A stretch of DNA of 64,000 nucleotides from Alphaproteobacteria bacterium (lineage in GTDB: Bacteria; Pseudomonadota; Alphaproteobacteria; CAAGCB01; CAG-977): assembly GCA_900768465.1 (NCBI GenBank), contig CAAGCY010000014.1, positions 83-64,082 on the forward strand, written 5' to 3'. Of the stretch, positions 19,986 to 27,724 are shown in pieces. Every line of letters starts with the position of its first letter. The first letter of the stretch is position 1. Made by a program: the position numbers and the translations under genes. The notes beneath the pieces were generated by a model, which was not told where the DNA came from, ran no database searches, and saw nothing but the letters and a program-made list of their open reading frames with translations.

Positions 19986-20715
19986 ACAAGGGGACTTGTT
20001 TTTCCCAATCGGCTTCGCAATGTCTGCCGCGCACCTGCCGATACATATACGGTTGCGCGCCTTTGGCGTACAAACGGTCGTTCATTGATTTGTTGCACGC
20101 CGCCATAATCGCTTTGCCGCGCGCGCTACGGCTTTCCATCGTTCCCCAGCTCAAATAAACTTTGGTATCGGGATTTATCGGACAGTCGTCGATTGCCTGC
20201 CGCAATTCCTTGCCGCAAAAGCTGATGGCGGATGACAGACACGCCGCTTTGGAATAAGTGCCGTTATAGCGGATAACCGCGTACAAAGACATCAGCCCGC
20301 CCATACTGCTGCCGCCGATGCCCGTCGCTTCCCTGTGCGCCCAAGTCCTGAAATTCGCATCAATGTAGGGCTTCAGTTCGTCAACCATCCAGCGCATGGT
20401 TTCGTCGCCCGTGCCGTCAATCGGACCGACGAACGAATCCCAATGATACGGACAAAATTCGATTAAGCGGTTGTTGCCGACGTGCGAACATTCCAAACCG
20501 ACGATGATGATTTTCTTGCCCCAAGAATCCAGAAAATCCTTCATCCCCCAGCTTTTTCCGTAAGTCGCATCGGAATCGTAAAACAAATTGTGTCCGTCGA
20601 ACATGTACATCACGGGATAGCGTTCGTCCGTTTTATCGTAATCGTCGGGCAAATAAATGTGAATCGTGCGGTCTTCGTTCGCGGGTGAAAAATAAAGCGG
20701 CTGTTTGATAATCAT
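19963..20715 (-). CDS. alpha/beta hydrolase, putative esterase family
   Basis: YPVMYMFDGHNLF and GIGGSSMGGLMSLY (nucleophile elbow). Start moved to ATG 20713-20715; the track ORF would run into the prophage end. Confidence 0.75.
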   Translation of the reverse strand: MIIKQPLYFSPANEDRTIHIYLPDDYDKTDERYPVMYMFDGHNLFYDSDATYGKSWGMKDFLDSWGKKIIIVGLECSHVGNNRLIEFCPYHWDSFVGPIDGTGDETMRWMVDELKPYIDANFRTWAHREATGIGGSSMGGLMSLYAVIRYNGTYSKAACLSSAISFCGKELRQAIDDCPINPDTKVYLSWGTMESRSARGKAIMAACNKSMNDRLYAKGAQPYMYRQVRGRHCEADWEKQVPLFMNFLWR

Positions 20716-20765
20716 GGGCAAAACTCCTGATTCCATAAATAACGCCGCACCGCCGAATTTCAAGT

Positions 20766-20770
20766 CCAAA
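20766..20770. repeat. 5-bp target-site duplication CCAAA (left copy)
   Basis: CCAAA immediately precedes the TG terminus; an identical pentamer follows the CA terminus at 57302-57306. Confidence 0.8.
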
Positions 20771-20875
20771 TGTTGCGCGACATTTATTTTTAGACTTTTT
20801 GACAATCATTTTTAGACCAGCGGATTGCCGATTTTAAAGGGTTCTTAAACCCGGATTTGACACTTATTTTTAGAC
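20771..20875. repeat. prophage end distal to the transposase (Mu attR-like) with three GACA-N3-ATTTTTAGAC sites
   Basis: Terminus TGTTGCGC, then copies at 20779-20795, 20801-20817 (22-bp spacing) and 20859-20875. Confidence 0.75.
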
Positions 20876-20898
20876 TCGGATTGAACAGTTTTTTCGAT

Positions 20899-20931
20899 GA
20901 AAAAGGGGCGGAGTTTCAACCGCCCTTTTTT
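20899..20931. terminator. bidirectional intrinsic terminator after the HEPN-like moron
   Basis: A-run, GGGGCGG-N8-CCGCCC, T6; reads as a stem plus U-run on both strands. Confidence 0.65.
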
Positions 20932-20979
20932 GCATCGTATAGCGCACAGACTATGATATGAGGCTTAATGCCCAAAATG

Positions 20980-21807
20980 CTATCCTGCAGTATTTTGTCG
21001 CATGGCATCAAATCTCTGCAAAAGCAATCTGGTTGTGATTAGGACTATTTGTATACGGAAACAGCAATCATTTTCGTCTGACAAGCCCGGATGACTTCCC
21101 TCTGGATGTAGCCTTGACATAAGAGCTTGAATAAATTGAGGTTGTTGCGATGAAGCATGCCATTCGTTTAAATAATCCAGCAAAAAAGGCGGCTCCATTT
21201 GTCCCAAAAAATCCCTTTTTTCTTTGGCACTTCTTTCAAGAGCGCAACCAAAAGAAACGGCTATGTCATTTAGAACACTCTCAAAGAAAGCTCTTAGTTG
21301 GCTATTTGACGCCGCCCAGTTTCCATTGTCATAATTTTCAAGTGCTTGTTTTAAATGACCTAATGCTGTTTGCATTTCAAATTTTTCAAGCAATAAAGAT
21401 ACTTCATCTTTTATATCACTATATGCGTTGCAAACGGTTGAGTCGGGAAAAAATCGTACAATCGAAAAGGCATCATCTTGTTCATTTTTAATTACTGAGA
21501 AGCCATCATAACATAGCCTACGCTTAAATTTTGAGATAAGCTTTTCATCAGTTCTATCAGAAATAGCATGAACTGCATCTATGACAATATCGTGCTTCAT
21601 TGCTTCAAGAGTTTCATCTTTTTGTTCAAAGACATTAGCGACAGGAAACAATCGTTGGAGAATCGCATTACCAACATCTTTTTTTGAATACGCGTTCTCT
21701 GTGTTCAACCCCAATTCAATAGCGTATCTTGTAAGGACTGATTTCGAACAGCTGTTTTCAATAATATCAAGAGCTGTTGAAACGCTTTTTTCACTAAAAG
21801 TTTCCAT
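20980..21807 (-). CDS. AT-rich moron: hypothetical protein with C-terminal HEPN/Abi_C-like Rx6H motif
   Basis: 275 aa from ATG 21805-21807 (SD GGAGGAG 6 nt upstream). C-terminal helical region ...GHLKQALENYDNGNWAASNSQLRAFFESVLNDIA...MSRLHPEGSHPG (R237..H244 in track numbering, 21091-21114). Visibly AT-rich. Confidence 0.45.
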   Translation of the reverse strand: METFSEKSVSTALDIIENSCSKSVLTRYAIELGLNTENAYSKKDVGNAILQRLFPVANVFEQKDETLEAMKHDIVIDAVHAISDRTDEKLISKFKRRLCYDGFSVIKNEQDDAFSIVRFFPDSTVCNAYSDIKDEVSLLLEKFEMQTALGHLKQALENYDNGNWAASNSQLRAFFESVLNDIAVSFGCALERSAKEKRDFLGQMEPPFLLDYLNEWHASSQQPQFIQALMSRLHPEGSHPGLSDENDCCFRIQIVLITTRLLLQRFDAMRQNTAG

Positions 21808-21822
21808 ATCAATCTCCTCCAA

Positions 21823-21865
21823 GAAAGCACGTGAAAATAATATAATTTCCGTGCTTTCCTGTAAA
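21823..21865 (-). promoter_or_regulatory. sigma70-like promoter with flanking operator palindrome for the HEPN-like moron
   Basis: Minus strand: -35 TTTACA (21860-21865), 17-bp spacer, -10 TATTAT (21837-21842). An 8-bp inverted repeat GTGCTTTC / GAAAGCAC (21851-21858 / 21823-21830) brackets the -10. Confidence 0.55.
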
Positions 21866-21876
21866 TTATTTTGTTG

Positions 21877-22689
21877 TCAGTTAGAGATAATCAGCTCCTT
21901 GGTATGTTTGGTTCCGTTGTTATTGATGCTGTAAGTCACGGGGACGGATTCGAGGGTGAAGTCTTTGAACAGGTCGCGGATTGGTTGGACGTCGTTTAAC
22001 GACAAGATAAACCGTCCTTTAATGCCTGTTAAACAATCGCGCAACCGCTCGAAGTCGGCGCGGGTGAACACGCCTTTGCCGTAGTCGGTTTCGTTGCCCC
22101 AATACGGCGGGTCGATGTAGAACAGCGTGCCTTTGCTGTCGTAGTGTTTGATGAACGTTTCAAAGTCTTGCCGTTCAATGGTCACGCTCGCCAGCCGTCC
22201 GCCGACAGCGCGGACGCGGTCTTCCATTTTCACGAAGTCAAACCGCGCCGGACGGTCGATGGATACGCCGAACGACTGCCCCGTCACTTTGCCGCCGAAG
22301 GCTTGGCTTTGCAGGTAAAGGAACCGCGCGGCGCGTTCGATGTCCGTCAGCGTTTCCGGCGGCGTTTTCAGCAGGCGTTCAAACTCTTGGCGACCGGCAA
22401 ACAGAAACTCCGTTTCTTTATATAGAGTGTCGGGATAGCGGCGGACAATCCGATACAGATTGACCAGTTCGCCGTTAATGTCGTTGATAACTTCGGCTTT
22501 CGGGATTTGTTTGCGCCGCAGAAAGATACCGCCCATGCCGACAAACGGTTCGGCGTAAATGGTGTGCGGGATTTGTTCGATTTTGTCGATGATCCGCTTT
22601 GACAAGCGGAACTTGCCCCCCAGATAGGGGGCAAGCGGTGCTACCCGTGCGGGGGACGCTACACGCGCGGTATCAGTTTGTTTTTTCAT
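21877..22689 (-). CDS. Dam-like (D12 class) N6-adenine DNA methyltransferase
   Basis: 270 aa; EPFVGMGGIFL (AdoMet motif) and FYIDPPYWG (DPPY catalytic motif). Confidence 0.85.
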   Translation of the reverse strand: MKKQTDTARVASPARVAPLAPYLGGKFRLSKRIIDKIEQIPHTIYAEPFVGMGGIFLRRKQIPKAEVINDINGELVNLYRIVRRYPDTLYKETEFLFAGRQEFERLLKTPPETLTDIERAARFLYLQSQAFGGKVTGQSFGVSIDRPARFDFVKMEDRVRAVGGRLASVTIERQDFETFIKHYDSKGTLFYIDPPYWGNETDYGKGVFTRADFERLRDCLTGIKGRFILSLNDVQPIRDLFKDFTLESVPVTYSINNNGTKHTKELIISN

Positions 22690-22852
22690 AAAGCTTCTCC
22701 TTTGATAAAGGAGGCTCTGGGCTTTCGTTGTTGTTGCGGTTCAAGACCGTGATGGTGTTCATCGCGCCGCATCGGGGACACTTGATTTCGACCGAAGCGG
22801 AGTTCGCTTTGAACAGTAATTTATTGCATTTCGGGCAACGTATTGACTCCAT
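22673..22852 (-). CDS. com: Com-like zinc-finger translational regulator
   Basis: 59 aa from ATG 22850-22852: MESIRCPKCNKLLFKANSASVEIKCPRCGAM closely parallels Mu Com (IRC-x-CNKLLFKA...EIRCPRC). 17-nt overlap with the methyltransferase start, as com overlaps mom in Mu. Confidence 0.8.
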   Translation of the reverse strand: MESIRCPKCNKLLFKANSASVEIKCPRCGAMNTITVLNRNNNESPEPPLSKEKLYEKTN

Positions 22853-22958
22853 TGTTGTTATTCCGTATATTCGCCCCGCTCGTCGATGAGTGCGGAGCAG
22901 TTGATCTGTGCGAGGTGCTTTCTCGCGGCTTCGGACGTGTCCGCGTCCGAGCCTCCGC

Positions 22959-23168
22959 TTATTTACATTGCAGAAAGACGACATTGTTTCTATCAACTTG
23001 CCTGATAGTTTCGGCAGTGTCGTTCTCATAATCCAAATAAACGGGTTCGTACACGTCGCAAAAGCTACCGCTTATAGACGGCGTGCAACTTGTCAACAGC
23101 ATCAGGATCGCGTAGAGTTTCCCGCGCTTTGCGAGCAGTTGACAGACTTTCGGTTTTAGATTGTTCAT
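22959..23168 (-). CDS. probable o-spanin (outer-membrane lipoprotein)
   Basis: 69 aa; lipobox LLTSC after a basic/hydrophobic leader; overlaps the i-spanin gene out of frame (23065-23168). Confidence 0.55.
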   Translation of the reverse strand: MNNLKPKVCQLLAKRGKLYAILMLLTSCTPSISGSFCDVYEPVYLDYENDTAETIRQVDRNNVVFLQCK

Positions 23169-23256
23169 GTTTCAATCTTTCGCGTAATTGACCGATTTTA
23201 TAGGTCAGCAAGGCAATAACTGCCCCGCTGACCGTTAAAATGACATATAGCGTCAT
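23065..23256 (-). CDS. probable i-spanin
   Basis: 63 aa; N-terminal TM MTLYVILTVSGAVIALLTY, then a charged helical region; follows the holin. Confidence 0.5.
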   Translation of the reverse strand: MTLYVILTVSGAVIALLTYKIGQLRERLKHEQSKTESLSTARKARETLRDPDAVDKLHAVYKR

Positions 23257-23459
23257 GTCGATTTCGCCCTGTATTTTGTATACAGGTTGCGCCCGATGAT
23301 GATCAGCCCCGACACGCCCGTAATCGCGGACGTGGCGTAACCGACAATCTCGGCTTGTTCCGTCGCGGTCACGTCAACGCCGACGGCTCCCGCAATCGAA
23401 GCCAGCACGCACACGATCGCCGTGATCAATGTCGGGCTGAGAACGGTTTTCTTTTCCAT
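23253..23459 (-). CDS. probable holin
   Basis: 68 aa from ATG 23457-23459 (SD GAGGAG); two TM segments and a basic C-terminus; between the endolysin and spanins. Confidence 0.55.
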   Translation of the reverse strand: MEKKTVLSPTLITAIVCVLASIAGAVGVDVTATEQAEIVGYATSAITGVSGLIIIGRNLYTKYRAKST

Positions 23460-23463
23460 GATT

Positions 23464-23868
23464 TTACTCCTCAACAAGTTCGCAATGCGGACGATCCCAA
23501 GGTATGGCGTTCGCCACCTTTATCCCCAGTTCGTCGGCGCATCGCCGTTCCAACGCGGCGAGTTCGTCCCACAAAGGGGACTTGTCGTCCCATTCCCCCG
23601 CCGCGTTTAAGGGAACGGGATACGGCACGCGGTCATAAGCCCGCGCCGGATTCGCGTTGTGTTTGGAATACGGATACTTGACCTTCGACCGTCCCGCCGC
23701 GAAAGCCGCGTTCTGCTCGGCTTCTCCGCGATGTCCGCAAATAATCGCAAAGTCCATGACCTGCTTTTCCAGCATCAGCACAGCCAAAGCCCGCAGGCGC
23801 GGGTCAAGTTCGTTCAAGCACTTCAAGCTGTTTTTTGAAAAGGCGTAGCTCACGGCGTTTCGCTCCAT
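23464..23868 (-). CDS. endolysin, peptidase M15 (VanY/L-Ala-D-Glu peptidase-like)
   Basis: 134 aa; CGHRGEAEQN ... SKH ... DRPHCEL zinc-ligand pattern of M15 peptidases. Confidence 0.7.
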   Translation of the reverse strand: MERNAVSYAFSKNSLKCLNELDPRLRALAVLMLEKQVMDFAIICGHRGEAEQNAAFAAGRSKVKYPYSKHNANPARAYDRVPYPVPLNAAGEWDDKSPLWDELAALERRCADELGIKVANAIPWDRPHCELVEE

Positions 23869-24302
23869 TCCTCAAAGAACAAGATGCTTGCCGTCCACCA
23901 GTTTTCCGCCGTCGTGAAGTCGCGCAGATATTGGGTGTAGCGCAACAAAGCCTTGAACGTTTCCGCGTCGTCGGTCGTATCAAAGCCCGCTTCGGTCTGG
24001 TTGCGATAGCGGTCGATTCTGTCCTGCGACGCCCGCATCATCGCGTCCCGTTCGGCACGCTTTCGGGCTTGCAGTTCCGCGACCGTCGGTTCGGGAACGG
24101 GCGCGGGTTCAACGACGACGGGCGCGGGTTTTTCGCCGATGACAAAGTACCGCATCAGCCTGCCGTTCACCGTTTTGCGCGCCGCGATGTCCTCCGCGAA
24201 CGCCGCGCCGTGTTCCGCCGCCCATCTGCGCGCGGCTTCAAAGTTCAAGTCCCGCGTGCAGTCCTCGTATTCGATTGTTTGGTTAAAGTTATATTCAGTC
24301 AT
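23850..24302 (-). CDS. tail fibre assembly chaperone-like protein
   Basis: 150 aa from ATG 24300-24302 (SD GAGGAG). C-terminal ...ETFKALLRYTQYLRDFTTAENWW resembles phage tail-fibre assembly proteins. The longer track ORF (to 24854) is an Arg/Gly shadow frame. Confidence 0.5.
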   Translation of the reverse strand: MTEYNFNQTIEYEDCTRDLNFEAARRWAAEHGAAFAEDIAARKTVNGRLMRYFVIGEKPAPVVVEPAPVPEPTVAELQARKRAERDAMMRASQDRIDRYRNQTEAGFDTTDDAETFKALLRYTQYLRDFTTAENWWTASILFFEEWSETP

Positions 24303-24307
24303 GTTTT

Positions 24308-24967
24308 TTACTCCTCTGCCATGGAAATCGTGATGTAGCCGTCGCCGGTGTTGAATCCCTGCGTGTGTTTGACGTTCGTGCATAGTTCCGGATCGGTGTA
24401 GGACGACCCGCCGCCTCCGCCGGCCGCACACGTTCCGACCTTGTTGATCAAGCCGGCTTGTCCCGCGCCCCCGCCGTACCAGCCGGCACCGCCGTGACCG
24501 CCCAATGCGGCACCGCCGAATCCGAAAGTGCCGTTGACGCTTCCGCCCGACGTTTGATTGCCGCCCGTGCCGCCTGCAAAATAAGCGGAAGCGGCACTCG
24601 CGCCGACCAGATCGCCGCCGTCGGCTCCCGCGGAAACTGCCACGCCCGAGGTGCCGTTGCCGCCGGCCCCCGCGACAATCAGACGACTGTTCAAATCCTC
24701 CGGATCCGTGCGAACATCCGACGCGTTGTAAGCGGCGCCCACTTTGCCGACGACCAGATGCAGCACTTGCCCCGGCGTCACGCTCAGAACACATCGGACG
24801 CGCCCGCCTTTTCCTGCTGCGCTGGCGGACGGCTTGCCCGATGCCGCGACGCAATCAACGGCAATTTTGCGTATCCCCGCCGGAACGACCCACGTCCCGT
24901 TTTCCGTAAAGGTCACGGGGTCAAACTTGCGCGTGTACACCAGCGTCGCCCCCTTGTAGATCTGCAA
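24308..24967 (-). CDS. glycine-rich tail fibre/receptor-binding-like protein, paralogue 2
   Basis: 219 aa from TTG 24965-24967; QIYKGATLVYTRK N-terminus shared with paralogue 1; long GGxGG-rich C-terminal domain. Confidence 0.6.
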   Translation of the reverse strand: MQIYKGATLVYTRKFDPVTFTENGTWVVPAGIRKIAVDCVAASGKPSASAAGKGGRVRCVLSVTPGQVLHLVVGKVGAAYNASDVRTDPEDLNSRLIVAGAGGNGTSGVAVSAGADGGDLVGASAASAYFAGGTGGNQTSGGSVNGTFGFGGAALGGHGGAGWYGGGAGQAGLINKVGTCAAGGGGGSSYTDPELCTNVKHTQGFNTGDGYITISMAEE

Positions 24968-24969
24968 TA

Positions 24970-24979
24970 CCCCCCCCCC
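24970..24979 (-). repeat. homopolymeric G10 tract (C10 on the plus strand) 2 nt upstream of the fibre-paralogue start
   Basis: Read directly: ...CGTC GGGGGGGGGG TA TTG CAG ATC... on the minus strand. Confidence 0.9.
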
Positions 24980-25032
24980 GACGGTTGATTGTATCTATAA
25001 GCATATTTCCCTTATAAAGTGTCATTCTCGTT

Positions 25033-25764
25033 TCACTCCACTGCTTTCAAATACGTGTATTCGATATAAACACACCCGACGACGCCCGCATGGATCGTTC
25101 CGTCATAGGCTTCCTGCCAGCCGCCTGCGCCGTACCCCGTTGTTTTATCGTCCCAAGCACTGGGTGTCGGAGCGAACACGTTGTTTGCATTGTATGGAGC
25201 GGCATAACCGCTTTTGTTCAAATTGTTTCCGCCGGTCGCCGTTCCTGCGGCGGCGGCGTGTCCATTGTTATACCAGCCGCCCATTCCGCCTTTTCCGCCC
25301 GTCGCGCTCATGGCGATTCCATCTCCTGTAATAGTTGATGTTCCGCCGTCCCCGCCGTTTCTGCCGCCGCTGGAATTGGGACCGCCGGATACCGCTCCTC
25401 CGCCCGCTGTTCCGCTTGCTCCAATAGTGCATGTCAATGCTTTTCCGCGCAGGTTTTTGGCTACTTGTCCTGTAAAGACGCTTCGACATACAGCACCGCT
25501 CGCACCCGCGCGTCCTTGCCATTTATTCCCGTGATAAAAAGTAGATGTCGCGCCTCCGCCTCCGGCTCCAACAGCGACAACCGTTAAAGACAGCAGTTCG
25601 GCAGGCAAAGCGAACGAAAACGTCCCCGCCGTATTGAACAGCTTGCTGGCACTCGTTTGAACTTTGCGGGTATAAACCAGCGTCGAACCCTTGTAAGCCC
25701 GCTTCACCCGCGCCGAACCCCGATAAACCGAACCTTGCTTTTGACTTCCTTTGTGTGCCGTCAT
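25033..25764 (-). CDS. glycine-rich tail fibre/receptor-binding-like protein, paralogue 1
   Basis: 243 aa; ...SVYRGSARVKRAYKGSTLVYTRK..., VVAVGAGGGGA, GGKGGMGGWYNNG glycine-rich domain. Confidence 0.6.
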   Translation of the reverse strand: MTAHKGSQKQGSVYRGSARVKRAYKGSTLVYTRKVQTSASKLFNTAGTFSFALPAELLSLTVVAVGAGGGGATSTFYHGNKWQGRAGASGAVCRSVFTGQVAKNLRGKALTCTIGASGTAGGGAVSGGPNSSGGRNGGDGGTSTITGDGIAMSATGGKGGMGGWYNNGHAAAAGTATGGNNLNKSGYAAPYNANNVFAPTPSAWDDKTTGYGAGGWQEAYDGTIHAGVVGCVYIEYTYLKAVE

Positions 25765-25776
25765 TGTCGCCGATCC

Positions 25777-26085
25777 TTATTCTGGAATGAAGTAGTACAC
25801 GTCCGGGTCGGGCGACGCGGGCAATGCCGACACCACTTGAAACATCGCTTTCGGCGCAAGCGGCGTTACCGCGTCCCCGATGTTCTTCGCTATCGCCTGC
25901 GCCAGCTGACCGCCGTCCTCGCCCGACGGAACCAACCCCGCCGCAACTATCGCCGCTACTATCTCCCTCTGCGGCATCTCAATAGCGGCGGCAGGCGGAA
26001 TAGAGCCGGGCTCGCCCGTTTCAAGGTTGAAGTCTTTATATCCCGCGTTCGGATCTGTTTCGTTACAGGGTTTTTCGTATTTCAT
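25777..26085 (-). CDS. short tail fibre N-terminal-like protein
   Basis: 102 aa; GEPGSIPPAAAIEMPQREIVAAIVAAGLVPSGEDGGQLAQAI resembles the conserved N-terminal motif of P2/Mu-type tail fibres. Confidence 0.5.
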   Translation of the reverse strand: MKYEKPCNETDPNAGYKDFNLETGEPGSIPPAAAIEMPQREIVAAIVAAGLVPSGEDGGQLAQAIAKNIGDAVTPLAPKAMFQVVSALPASPDPDVYYFIPE

Positions 26086-26666
26086 GCGTCCTCCAAAATC
26101 TGATACAAAATGCGCGTGTGCGATTGTTTCATACGGTCAAGCGTGCACATCAAATCGTCGCCATAGACTGTTTTTTCTTCCGTTTGCCCTTGTTCGTTCA
26201 CAAAAGTCGTCGTACGCGGATAAAAGGAAACCTTTAAGCACAAACGGCAGCGTTCCCCGTTGTTCAGCGCGTCTTTGCCCAATCGGGACTTGCCGCACAC
26301 AAAGGGCTGAAACGATGTGACGTAACCGACGTAGCCCAAATCCTTTATGACCTGTTCGTATGCGGATTTTCCCTGTCCGCTTCCCATATTCATGCGGGAT
26401 TGAACGGCTTTCCGGCGTTCTTCGGGCAACGTGTTGACGCCGAAAGAACACACGTCGGGCAAACCGTAGTCCGTTTCCCATTCGTCCAAGCTGAGTTCCG
26501 TCGCCGTCGAAATGTCCGATTCGCGCAAAACCCGTTCGTAAAACAGGTGAACCTGATTGAAAGCATCGGCGACGACGGTGCTCAGACGGTACAGCACGCC
26601 GTCCGATTTTTGTTCCCACAGCCGCCCTTTCGGAAGCAGGGCGTAAAGCTGGTTTAAATAATTCAT
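26082..26666 (-). CDS. Mu gp48-like baseplate/tail protein (DUF2313-like)
   Basis: 194 aa; MNYLNQLYALLPKGRLWEQ...LDEWETDYGLP pattern. Confidence 0.75.
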   Translation of the reverse strand: MNYLNQLYALLPKGRLWEQKSDGVLYRLSTVVADAFNQVHLFYERVLRESDISTATELSLDEWETDYGLPDVCSFGVNTLPEERRKAVQSRMNMGSGQGKSAYEQVIKDLGYVGYVTSFQPFVCGKSRLGKDALNNGERCRLCLKVSFYPRTTTFVNEQGQTEEKTVYGDDLMCTLDRMKQSHTRILYQILEDA

Positions 26667-27724
26667 TCCCCGCTGCTCCCGTATGTAATGGTTCCCAAAA
26701 CCGCCAGTTCGGACGATGTCGTGTGAATATCGGCTGTCGGAGCGGTCAAAACGTGGTCTTCGGTCACGGTGATCACAGCGTTTCTGACGGCATTCAGTTT
26801 CAAAACCTTGCCCGGTTCGGCGGTCAGGAACAAATCTTCCAAGTTGGAACGGATGCCCGCTTTCGTGTCGTCATCGTTCGGATTTAAATCGTTGATGACA
26901 AAGTCAACCGTTTTCGCCGTCGGAGCCATAACATAAACTTCCTCGACCGTTGCCGGAACTTTCGACATGATGTAATCACTAACGGCTTTGAGTTCGTTTT
27001 CATCGGGCAAAATGCCGCCTGATTTGTTGTCCATGACGAAACGGACGACGACCGTTCCCAACCCCATGGCGTTCGGATAACACCACGCACGGGTGACGCC
27101 CGACACTTCTTTTGCCCATGCGACGTAATCGGAATCCGCACCGCCCAACGGCGGGTTTTGCACAAAAGATTTCAGCCGCGCACGCAAATCTTCAATGTCT
27201 TCAATGTCGTATCCGCCGGAAATGCCGCTGTCCGCCACGGTGACGGTCACGGAAACTCCGACGATTGCCGAAGTCATCGACAGAATGGAACCGCTTTCGG
27301 CGTTACCGGAATTTCCCGTGTTGGCGGCTTTGACGGAAACGACCGCGCGCCCGTCGGCAATCACGCCCGACGATGTCGTGTTGTAAATGACGCCGTCCGC
27401 CCGTTTGATTTCCGTGCCGTTCGGTATGGATACGCCGTTTGTTCCCGTAAATACGACGTTCCCCGCCGCAAAGCTCGCTTCTTTTCTGCTTTTGCCGCGA
27501 TTTTTGGCGTGGCGTTCCAGATTTTCCGCGTCCGCCGTGTCGATAAAGATTTGGCGGAATATCCATTCCCCGAACTGATACAGCCCGTAGGTTGTCATGG
27601 ATACGACCTTGGCAAAAACGGTCAGAAAAGAACGGGACAGCAGGCTGGCATCGGGGAATTTCGCCCGAATGTTCGCTTTGTTCTGCTCCAGCAGTTCTTC
27701 GTAGCTCGGAATGTTAAATGCCAT
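26663..27724 (-). CDS. baseplate J-like protein (Mu gp47-like)
   Basis: 353 aa; position and length match; 4-nt overlaps on both sides. Confidence 0.75.
   Translation of the reverse strand: MAFNIPSYEELLEQNKANIRAKFPDASLLSRSFLTVFAKVVSMTTYGLYQFGEWIFRQIFIDTADAENLERHAKNRGKSRKEASFAAGNVVFTGTNGVSIPNGTEIKRADGVIYNTTSSGVIADGRAVVSVKAANTGNSGNAESGSILSMTSAIVGVSVTVTVADSGISGGYDIEDIEDLRARLKSFVQNPPLGGADSDYVAWAKEVSGVTRAWCYPNAMGLGTVVVRFVMDNKSGGILPDENELKAVSDYIMSKVPATVEEVYVMAPTAKTVDFVINDLNPNDDDTKAGIRSNLEDLFLTAEPGKVLKLNAVRNAVITVTEDHVLTAPTADIHTTSSELAVLGTITYGSSGE

Noticed and set aside
23850-24854. 334-aa track ORF with an extremely Arg/Gly/Ser-rich N-terminal half, overlapping the glycine-rich fibre gene.
   Set aside because: The N-terminal 184 residues are the alternate frame of the GGx-repeat fibre gene. 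A strong SD and ATG at 24300-24302 give a sensible 150-aa chaperone-like protein, and only that part is annotated.
23850-26085. Search for a Mu-like invertible G segment (gin invertase plus inverted repeats around the fibre genes).
   Set aside because: No recombinase ORF and no flanking inverted repeats were seen. The fibre genes are all in one orientation.
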